Source: Candidatus Krumholzibacteriia bacterium (lineage in GTDB: Bacteria; Krumholzibacteriota; Krumholzibacteriia; Krumholzibacteriales; Krumholzibacteriaceae). From it: a stretch of 64,000 bases of DNA. The notes beneath the pieces were generated by a model. That model was not told the DNA's origin and ran no database searches. It saw only the letters and a program-made list of their open reading frames with translations. This document shows, one piece after another, positions 32,117 through 41,147 of this stretch. A program made the position numbers and the translations under genes. The stretch spans positions 1,440,001 to 1,504,000 of the forward strand of contig CAWIIQ010000001.1 of the NCBI GenBank assembly GCA_963836185.1, written 5' to 3'. The number at the start of each line of letters is the position of its first letter. Within the stretch, counting starts at the first letter, position 1.

Positions 32117-33671
32117 TTAAAGCGGGATGTTGCCGTGCTTCTTCGGCGGGAGGGTCTGCCTCTTGTTGAGCAGGTTCTCCAGCGCGTGAATGACCATCGG
32201 CCTCGTCGCTTCGGGCATGATCACATCGTCGAGGTATCCGAGCGCCGCGGCGACGTACGGGTTGTTGAAGCGGTCGGTATACTCGTCCATCTTTTTCTGT
32301 CTTTCCATCTTAGGGTCGTCCGCTTCGGCGATGGCCTTCCTGTAAAGGATATTGACCGCGCCCTCGGCGCCCATGACGGCGAGTTCCGCGGTCGGCCAGG
32401 CTACGTTATAGTCCGACCTGATATGCTTGCTCGACATCACGCAGTAGGCTCCGCCGTAGGCCTTTCGTCGTGACCACGGTGAGCTTCGGGACGGTCGCCT
32501 CGCAGTACGCGTATATCAGTTTCGCTCCATGCCTGATTATCCCGTTCCACTCCTGGTCGGTACCGGGCAGGAACCCCGGCACGTCCTCGAATGTGAGAAG
32601 CGGGATGTTGAAGGCATCGCAGAAACGGATAAAGCGGGCTCCCTTGATCGAGCTCTCGATATCGAGTACCCCGGCCATGTGCGCGGGCTGGTTGGCGACT
32701 ATACCGACCGAGTGCCCGTTGAGGCGGCAGTACCCTACCACGATGTTCTGCGCGTGAAGGGGCATGACCTCGAAGAACTCGCCGTCATCCACGACGAGCT
32801 TGATAACGTCCTTTATATCGTAAGGGGCCCTTGGATCGTCGGGGACGAGTTCCCTGAGCTCCGGTGACTGCCTGTTAGGGTCATCGACCGGCGTAACGAA
32901 TGGGGGATCCTCGAGATTGTTCTGCGGTATGTATGAGAGCAGGTCCTTGATCATCTCGATGCAGTCCTCATCGTCTTCGGCCATGAAGTGAGCCACGCCG
33001 CTTTTCGAGTTGTGCGCGTAGGCGCCGCCCAGGTCCTCGTGCGATACGTCCTCGTGCGTGACCTGTTTGATCACGTTGGGGCCTGTGATGTACATGTGAC
33101 TCGTCTTGTCGACCATGAATATGAAATCGGTGAGGGCGGGGGAGTAGACCGCACCGCCGGCGCTGGGGCCCATGATCGCCGATATCTGGGGGACGACACC
33201 CGAGGCGAGAGTATTGCGCAGGAAGATCTCCGCGTACCCGGCAAGGGCCGCGACGCCTTCCTGGATCCTCGCGCCGCCGCTGTCGGAGATCCCGACCACG
33301 GGGGCGCCGTTCTCCATCGCCATATCCATCAGCCGGAGGATCTTTCCAGCGTGAGCTTCGCCTAACGAGCCTCCAAACACAGTGAAGTCCTGAGCGAAAG
33401 AAAATGTCAGTCTTCCATTTACAAGACCCTGTCCGCAGACGACGCCGTCTCCGACCATCTTCTTCTCAGCCAGCCCGGGCCATGTGCTGCGGTGGGTCAC
33501 GAAGACACCCATCTCCTGAAATGTCCCCTCGTCGAAGAGGATATGGATCCTCTCTCGAGCCGTCAGCCGGCCCGATTCGTGGATCTTCTCTATTCTCGGC
33601 CTTCCTCCTCCGAGGAGGGCCTGTTCGCGTTTTTTCTCCAGGTCGTCGTACTTTTCCTGACGGTTCTTCAA
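32117..33671 (-). CDS. pccB: Acyl-CoA carboxylase beta subunit / methylmalonyl-CoA carboxyltransferase (frameshift near 32468)
   Basis: [47 protein letters not shown]; TTG start behind GAGGAGG. Confidence 0.85.
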
Positions 33672-33905
33672 TTCATCCTCCTCCCGCGAGGTCGCCTGAG
33701 GCTCCTGCGGGGCGTGGGGGTCCCTGATATCAGACCCGAACATATTATTGAAAGGGGCGTTAAGGGTCAATCGGAATATCATCAGTCGAAATGGTTTGAA
33801 TCCGGTGTGCCATAGGGTTTATCATTGATAATGATAGGACTTGAGAAGTTACGTTGTTTTTAACATCTTACAGAAAGGATGGATACGATGACCTGGAGTG
33901 AGAAT

Positions 33906-34471
33906 ATGAGAAAGATATCGCCTCTATTGATCCTCGTCCTGCTTCCTGTACTGGCCCTGTCGTGCGCCGGGGAAAAGGAGGCCGAGAAGGAAACGGAGAA
34001 ACCGGCTGCGACGAAGGATGAGACTATCGAATATGTCGACGAAGAGGTCAGTTACGGGCTTTTCTTCGATGAAGAGGGGACGAAGAGGACGCTGAAGCTC
34101 AAAAGGGGCCAGGAGGAGTTCATCGGTTATTTCTTCCTCATGGTCCGGCGTACAAGGAGATCTCTTCCACGCAGTTCCGTCTCGTTATGCCGGAAGGCGT
34201 AGTCATCGAGAACGACAAGTACCGGAATGGCAGGGTATTGTCGATGGGCACCTTCGAGAGAGGTATCAGCGAGAATTTCGTGCCGTGCATCCCGGGACCG
34301 AAGATACTGCTTCACACATTCACATTCAGGGTGACGGCTCCTCTCGACAACGCGGTCTTTACGGTACTGCACTCGGTCGACAGTGATTTCCTGGCCGTGG
34401 CCGAATGTGAGGAAGGGTTCCCGATCATAAGGGCATCGGCTTTCAAGGCTGTAGTGAATCCCTCTGATTAG
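33906..34471 (+). CDS. Hypothetical lipoprotein (frameshift near 34143)
   Basis: Lipobox LALSC; ORFs 33879..34202 and 34187..34471 read as one domain. Confidence 0.6.
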
Positions 34472-34479
34472 ATGAAAGT

Positions 34480-37400
34480 ATGATGAACAGCTCATTTATA
34501 AAGAAGATTCTACCGGCAGCTTTGCTGCCGGTTTTTTATTTGCTGCTTTTCAGCGCGGGCGCCGGGGCTATCGTATCGCCGCGCACAGGGGGAGAACTCC
34601 CCGAGGGATTCAGGGCAGCCAAGGATAAGGATCCGCGTTCCTTCCTGCCGGGGAGAGGTTGGATCGAAAGGGCCGCCTCGGTCCGCGCCGGATCGATGCC
34701 AGCCCTGTCTTCAGGCGCCAGGTCACAAGCGGCGCTCTCCGGTACGCTGCGGGTCCCCGTCATAGGCGGGCTATATACGAATTATGTCGGGCATCCACTG
34801 CAGAGCCTTCCCCTGCTGCAGGTAGAGCTTTTTGACGGGCCCTGGTCAACGGGGACTATGGAAGAGTATTTCACGGAAGCATCGAGTGGTCTTTTCAATG
34901 TCACAGGCGAGGTCTACGGATGGGTGGAGCTTGCCAATGACGAGGATTATTACGTCGTCTTTCCTACTGCGGGGACGACGGTCGGTGTATCGAGAACGGA
35001 TGAATTCATCGAGGAGGCTGTAGCCGGCGTCGATGACCAGGTCGATTTCGGTCAATATGACAACGATGGTCCTGACGGGATCCCGAATTCGGGGGACGAT
35101 GACGGGTACGTAGATGTACTGGTCCTGGTCCACCCCGCGTTCGGAGCAGAGTGCACAAGCACTCCTTCCCGCATGTGGTCGCATTCATACCAGTACAGTC
35201 TGTGGGACGGTCAGCCCGGTGGAGCGCTCGCGACGGGAGATCCCTCGGCAAACGGAGGGATGATACTCGTCGATGACTACATCATGGCTCCGACGGTCTC
35301 GTGCGATGAGGGCCTGATCGAGATAGGAGTCTTCTGCCACGAACTCGGGCACACGATCGGGCTGCCGGACCTGTATGACGATTACGGATCGTACGGTATC
35401 GGGTACTGGGGACTGATGGGAAGCGGTAACTGGAACACACCCGAGTCTCCGGCCCATCCCTGCGGGTGGTCAAAGGATCAGCTCGGGTGGGTCGACGTCG
35501 TCGAGATCGGGTGGGAACCTGTCCAGTACGATCTCCAGCCCGTTATCGAGTCGGGCGAAGTGATCCGGATGAGTACTCCGGCAAGGAGGTTCAGGAGGAA
35601 TTATCCGCTATCCCCTGAACAAGGATGGGGAATGGTCTGCGGATACAGTCTGGCTGAAACGGAATTCAGGGAATGGCCGGGTGAAGGGTATGGAAATCTC
35701 TGGGAGGAGTCGATAAGCCGGGCCTTCAGCTTCGACGGCAGCGGCCCTGTCACCCTGGAGTACTATATCGAGACAGATATCGAAGCATATTACGACTTCG
35801 TATATACCGTTCTAAGCTACCAGGATGGATCGGAATCAGAGACGGTCGCTGTCTACACCGGAACGAATCCGCTCTCTCTTGAGTCGATCGACCTGAGCGG
35901 ATATCTTTCCCATCCCCAGATCGATGAGGGGTACTCGATATCGTTTGTGCTTGTCACTGACTACAACTTCAGTGACGAGGACGGTTATTTCCAGTCGACT
36001 TCCGCTCCACCCCTTCTCATCGACGAGGTCAGGGTCTCGGGAGGCGGCGAGGATTATTTCACCGACTTCGAGCAGGATACGGGCGGATGGAGGGAGACAT
36101 CTCCGCAGGCTGAATATTTCATCGTGGAGAACAGGACGAGGACAGGATTCGACGCTCATCTTCCCGGGCAGGGCCTGCTTGTCTGGCACGCGGAAAACAG
36201 TACAGCGTATTCTTTTCTCGGGAATTCAGGGGGGGCGAGCAACAGACAGACGAGGGGACTTGTCCTCGAGGAAGCTGACGGCAACTACGATCTTCTCAAT
36301 GCGGTAAACACAGGTGACGCCGGTGACCCCTTTCCCGGAAGTTCAGCAAAAATCGCTTTTGACTCCTTCACTTTGCCTTCAAGCGATGATAACAACGGGG
36401 AGCCCACCCCTGTCACGGTCACTGGAATAAGCAATGGGGCGGGTCTTTTCAAGGCGGGGATGCCGGCTCCTTCAGTCGCCTCCGTCTATCCCACAGAGGT
36501 CGACAAGGGCGATGATGACACACTTTATTTCGACATCAGAGGCACAGGTATTCTCTACGGGGCGGATTGCTCGATAGCGAGGATGGGGCAGACGCTGCAA
36601 GCCGTTTCAGTTGAATGGCTCGGTGAAAACAGGATCATCGCCGGATTCAGGTCTGTCGGCCTGTTTTCCGGAAGATGGGATGTTACCGTTATCAGCGGAG
36701 ACGGCCAGACGGGCACGCTCGAAGAAGCGCTGACTGTCAATTCAAACATAATCTCCGCGGGCGTTCGGGCAGGGCTTGAATATATAGCGCCGTACTGGTC
36801 CGTCAGCACTGTAGGGAACCTGATCGGCAGCCTTCTCTTCCGGTCCGAGGCGGGCGGGCCTTTCGTCCAGCAGGGGGACACGCTTCGAAACGCGTCGGGC
36901 GATTTCGAATATATCGACGAGGATGTCGTTGCAGGCACTGGATACAGGTACAGTATCAGGGTGATCTACGAGACGATGCACGAAGACTTCGATTTCTCCG
37001 GTGAGTACACGACGATCATCCATGACTTCCAGGTCATCGCTTCAGACGTAAAGGCAGGCCTCTTTTACCTGGAGCCGGTATGGCTCGTCAGCCCGGTCGA
37101 CCGCCTCGTCGGCAGCCTTGTCTTCAGATCGGATGACGGGGGGGCATTCACGCAGCTCGGAGATACGTTGAGGAGCGAGACGGGCGGCTTTGAATATCTC
37201 GATGAGGCTGTGGTGCCGGGAGTGAGCTACCGGTACAGCGCCAGAGTGATCTATGAGTACACTGAAGATGAATTCAATTTTCCAGGGGAATACTCGATCG
37301 GCGAGTACGATTTCCATGTCATCGGTCAGTATCCCAATCCATTCAGCCAGTCGACGAAGATAGCTTTTTTTACGCCAGACCAGAGAACTGTGACGATCAG

Positions 37401-37575
37401 GTTCTACGACGTCTCCGGGAGGCTGGTCGATAGACTCGGCGCCGTAAAATACGATCGCGGTATCCACGAACCCGTCTGGAATCCGGACCCCGGAAAGATC
37501 GCGAGCGGCGTGTATTTCTGTACCGTCTCCGCTGGAAACAGCAGTACTGCGATCAAGGTCGTTCTTGTCAGATGA
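34480..37575 (+). CDS. M6-family (immune inhibitor A-like) metalloprotease with FN3-like duplication and FlgD-Ig/T9SS-like C-terminal domain
   Basis: IGVFCHELGHTIGLPDLYD, WGLMGSG, EYFIVENR, GLLVWH; tail 'YPNPF...SGVYF...KVVLVR'. Confidence 0.88.
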   Translation: MMNSSFIKKILPAALLPVFYLLLFSAGAGAIVSPRTGGELPEGFRAAKDKDPRSFLPGRGWIERAASVRAGSMPALSSGARSQAALSGTLRVPVIGGLYTNYVGHPLQSLPLLQVELFDGPWSTGTMEEYFTEASSGLFNVTGEVYGWVELANDEDYYVVFPTAGTTVGVSRTDEFIEEAVAGVDDQVDFGQYDNDGPDGIPNSGDDDGYVDVLVLVHPAFGAECTSTPSRMWSHSYQYSLWDGQPGGALATGDPSANGGMILVDDYIMAPTVSCDEGLIEIGVFCHELGHTIGLPDLYDDYGSYGIGYWGLMGSGNWNTPESPAHPCGWSKDQLGWVDVVEIGWEPVQYDLQPVIESGEVIRMSTPARRFRRNYPLSPEQGWGMVCGYSLAETEFREWPGEGYGNLWEESISRAFSFDGSGPVTLEYYIETDIEAYYDFVYTVLSYQDGSESETVAVYTGTNPLSLESIDLSGYLSHPQIDEGYSISFVLVTDYNFSDEDGYFQSTSAPPLLIDEVRVSGGGEDYFTDFEQDTGGWRETSPQAEYFIVENRTRTGFDAHLPGQGLLVWHAENSTAYSFLGNSGGASNRQTRGLVLEEADGNYDLLNAVNTGDAGDPFPGSSAKIAFDSFTLPSSDDNNGEPTPVTVTGISNGAGLFKAGMPAPSVASVYPTEVDKGDDDTLYFDIRGTGILYGADCSIARMGQTLQAVSVEWLGENRIIAGFRSVGLFSGRWDVTVISGDGQTGTLEEALTVNSNIISAGVRAGLEYIAPYWSVSTVGNLIGSLLFRSEAGGPFVQQGDTLRNASGDFEYIDEDVVAGTGYRYSIRVIYETMHEDFDFSGEYTTIIHDFQVIASDVKAGLFYLEPVWLVSPVDRLVGSLVFRSDDGGAFTQLGDTLRSETGGFEYLDEAVVPGVSYRYSARVIYEYTEDEFNFPGEYSIGEYDFHVIGQYPNPFSQSTKIAFFTPDQRTVTIRFYDVSGRLVDRLGAVKYDRGIHEPVWNPDPGKIASGVYFCTVSAGNSSTAIKVVLVR
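36751..37320 (+). repeat. Intragenic tandem duplication of about 95 aa
   Basis: 'V.AGL.Y..P.W.VS.V..L.GSL.FRS..GG.F.Q.GDTLR...G.FEY.DE.VV.G..YRYS.RVIYE' occurs twice, 285 nt apart. Confidence 0.85.
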
Positions 37576-37579
37576 TCGA

Positions 37580-38170
37580 TCAGAAGGTATACGAAGCGCC
37601 TATGAAGAAAGCGAGATGAGTGAATCTCGCCTCGGTCACCTCGACGTACTGCCTGTAGAATTCGTAAATCCTGTAGCTGTATGGTGTGAAGAGGAGGTCG
37701 GCGCCTGCCTCGAGCTGGAATGACGCGCTTATCGCTCTCGTGATCCCTATCCCGGCAACGCAGTAGAAGACAGTCTGGGACGGGCGGAATTCCTCTACCG
37801 GATCCGAGATGACCGGATTCGCCGTCATCAGGGCCAGGGCGAACCGGGCCGAAGGGCGCCAGGGTATCCATACAGGAAGAAACGCGGTAACCCCGACCTG
37901 CCCATTGAATCCAGTGATACTGTTGCCGTCCTGATCAGCGGCGTATCCGCCGAGGCGGTTCTCGATGAAGATGCTCTGCCTGATCTCATACCTGAGGAGA
38001 AGGTCCGCGCCTACACCGTTTCCGATGCCGAAATAATCTTCGTCAAAGGCGTAGAAGACAGGTACAAGGCCGACATTGAGACGACGCATCTCCTGAGCTT
38101 CCGCGCCTGATATGGCCGCAAGGAGTATGATTCCGATAATGACCGCGGGAACGAACCGCCGTAGAAACAA
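37580..38170 (-). CDS. Outer-membrane beta-barrel protein (8-strand type)
   Basis: Signal peptide, alternating amphipathic strands, terminal 'IGASYTF'. Confidence 0.7.
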   Translation of the reverse strand: MFLRRFVPAVIIGIILLAAISGAEAQEMRRLNVGLVPVFYAFDEDYFGIGNGVGADLLLRYEIRQSIFIENRLGGYAADQDGNSITGFNGQVGVTAFLPVWIPWRPSARFALALMTANPVISDPVEEFRPSQTVFYCVAGIGITRAISASFQLEAGADLLFTPYSYRIYEFYRQYVEVTEARFTHLAFFIGASYTF

Positions 38171-38302
38171 GTTATCTCCTTTCGGGGGTCTCTGCCTGAC
38201 ACTTTATTATATAAAGTCAACGCCCCGGAGAAAAGCATTATCAGGATTGACATGGACATCTCCAATGACTTAGTTTCCGCCTGTAACCAGGAGGAACCGG
38301 AT

Positions 38303-38980
38303 TTGAACAACGAGAGCGCGTGCTACCACGATCCACTTGACGAGATACTCGAAAGCGTCTGGATGCTGACTGAGGCCGGCGAGGACAGGTCTGCCGCGAA
38401 GATCATCGAGAACAGCCATACCGGCGCCGCGGATATGCGGCATATTGAGAAACTGGTCGAGCATGGATATCTTACCGGTTCTGGTAATGACAGTTACGAA
38501 TTCACTGATAAAGGGAAAGACAGGGCGAGCAATATCATCAGGAGGCACAGGCTTGCAGAGCGTCTCCTCGTGGATGTGCTCAATGTCCGGGAGAATGTGG
38601 CGATAGAATCTGACGCATGCGCTTTCGAGCATTTTCTCTCGCCGGAAGTGACGGATCATATATGCACACTGCTGGGTCACCCGGCAAAATGTCCTCACGG
38701 ACATGATATTCCCAGGGGCAAGTGCTGCGAGAGGGCGCAGACCCAGGTCGCGACGGCTGTCATGCCTCTTGGCGAGCTGGCCGCGGGAGAGAGCGGCAGA
38801 GTAGTATACATCGCTACTTCGGATCACCACAGGCTGGACAGACTCACGGCGCTGGGGCTTTTCCCGGGAAGGGTCGTGAAAGTCCATCAGAAGGAACCAC
38901 TCCTGATACTCCTTCTTGGAGAGACCCAGCTTGCCCTGGAAAAGAGACTTGTAGACGACGTCCATGTTGTCCGCAGCTGA
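38303..38980 (+). CDS. DtxR/MntR-family metal-dependent regulator with C-terminal FeoA domain
   Basis: IIRRHRLAERLL, ACAFEH, LLGHPAKCPHG..IP, RLTALGLFPG; likely TTG start behind AGGAGG. Confidence 0.88.
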   Translation: MNNESACYHDPLDEILESVWMLTEAGEDRSAAKIIENSHTGAADMRHIEKLVEHGYLTGSGNDSYEFTDKGKDRASNIIRRHRLAERLLVDVLNVRENVAIESDACAFEHFLSPEVTDHICTLLGHPAKCPHGHDIPRGKCCERAQTQVATAVMPLGELAAGESGRVVYIATSDHHRLDRLTALGLFPGRVVKVHQKEPLLILLLGETQLALEKRLVDDVHVVRS

Positions 38981-39004
38981 AGCGGCAAACGGGATCCATT
39001 CGAC

Positions 39005-41132
39005 ATGAAGAACAGAAAGCGACACCGAAAGTTCCGGCACCATCATATTGCCGATGGTGAGACGGGCAGGGTGCTGCTTGTCGGCAACCCCAATGTCGGC
39101 AAGAGTGTCGTCTTTTCATATCTGACAGGAAGATATTCGATCGCATCCAACTATCCCGGTACAACTGTGGAGATATCGACCGGAGTTATGGGCCCGAGGG
39201 AGGGCCGGGAGGTAGTCGACACTCCGGGGGTCAATTCCCTGCTTCCGCGAAGTGAGGATGAAAAGGTCACAAGGGATATCATCCTTGCCGCAGAAGACGC
39301 TACCGTCGTGCAGGTCGCGGACGCGAAGAATCTGTTCAGGGCCCTGCTTCTGACGAGTCAGCTCGCAGAGATAGGATGCAGGATGATACTCGTCCTGAAC
39401 ATGATGGACGAGGCGAGGCAGAGAGGCTTCGACATAGACACAGGTGAGCTCTCGTCGCGACTCGGAATAGAGGTTATTGAGACAGTCGCCGTAGAGAAGG
39501 TCGGTCTGAACAAGCTTGCCGCCGCTATCAACGGAGGACTCGCGAGAGTTCCCGAAATAAAGGTCACGTACTCCGGCAGGCTGATCGAGGCGATCCGTGA
39601 GACCGGTGAGGATCTGGGAGATATCAATCCTTACGGGATGTTCGGCGCACTGTCGATGTTGACGGGTGGGGATGATATATTCGGCAGTTCAGACCGGGGC
39701 TTCCTTCGTGAGGCGAGGGAGAAGCTCGAGGAGCGGAAAGAGAGATTCTTCGAGCCGTTCGGGTACGCGATCGCGGGCGCGCGCAAGGACTGGGCCGGCA
39801 ATATCGTCGCCGGCTGCGTCATGGTGGAAGACAGCGGAAAAAGAGGAGGAGAAGGAGGCTGGCGTAAGTTCATGCCGGCCGCCGGGATCGCAGCCGTCAC
39901 CACCGCGCTCCTCATCCTGTTCGGGAAGGACTCGTTGACCTCCGCCGGGCTTTTCCCGGCCTTGCTGGTCCTCCTGGCCGTTGTCCTCGGGATTACTCTC
40001 GCGGGGGCGAAACGTATGGGGATGCTGACCCTGCATCCTGTATACGGCGGTGTCATCCTGGTACTCGTTCTATATATGATCTACATGTTCGTGGGGGTAT
40101 TCGCCGCGGGTACTCTCGTCGATTTCCTCGAGAACGGGGTATTCGGGCGTTACATCACTCCCGCAGCGGGGCGTCTGCTCTCGGACGGTTTCTTCAAGGA
40201 TCTGCTCGTCGGCGAATATCGGACTCCTCAGCATGGGGATCACATACGCGATCTCGATCGTGCTGCCTATCGTAGTCGTCTTTTTCCTTATATTCGGAGT
40301 GCTGGAGGATACGGGTTATTTCCCGCGCCTTACCGTGCTTACGAACAACGCGTTGAAACTGGTTGGTGTCAACGGGAAGGCGACCCTTCCGTTCGTCCTC
40401 GGGTTCGGGTGCGTGACGATGGCGGTTCTCTCAAGCAGGATACTGGAGACGCGCAGGGAGAGGATCATAGTGATCGCGCTGCTCTCTCTGGCGATTCCAT
40501 GCTCCGCACAGCTCGGGGTGATCATGGCCCTGCTATCCGCCGTATCACTGACAGGCGTCTTTGTCATCACCGCTGTGATCGTGATCGAGTTCGTACTTGC
40601 CGGAATGGCGCTCGGGCGTCTGATCCCGGGCAAGACGTCGGATTTCATGCTCGAGCTTCCGCCGCTGCGGACCCCCAGAGCGGGGAATGTACTCTTGAAG
40701 ACGAAGATGAGGGCTGTCTGGTTCCTCAAGGAAGCGCTGCCCTTCTTTCTCGCCGCTACGGTCGTTCTCTTTACGCTCGACAAGACCGGTGCCATGAACG
40801 GCCTTCACAGGATAATCGCGCCGGTAGTAGTAAGGTTTCTCGGGCTTCCGGTGGAGAGCGCGGCAGCGTTTATACTGGGATTCTTCAGGAGGGACTACGG
40901 CGCTGCCGGTCTCTTCAGACTCTGGCAGGACGGACTGCTCGACGGGAACCAGGTCGTCGTCTCGCTGGTCGTGATGAGTCTGTTCATTCCCTGTCTTGCT
41001 ACAGTCATCGTGACGATAAAGGAAGTCGGTATCCGGAGGGCTGCGGTGATCTTCTTCGCGGTACTCTCTGTCTCAGTCCTGACTGGAGGGCTGCTGCACT
41101 TTCTGTTGAATCTGACGGGCGTGAATCTCTGA
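39005..41132 (+). CDS. feoB: Ferrous iron transporter FeoB (frameshift near 40220)
   Basis: VGNPNVGKS, NYPGTTVE, DTPG, NMMDEA; LEDTGYFPR, GFGC, IPCSAQ, ELPPLR, FIPC in +1 frame. Confidence 0.9.
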
Positions 41133-41147
41133 CGGCGTCCGGAATCC

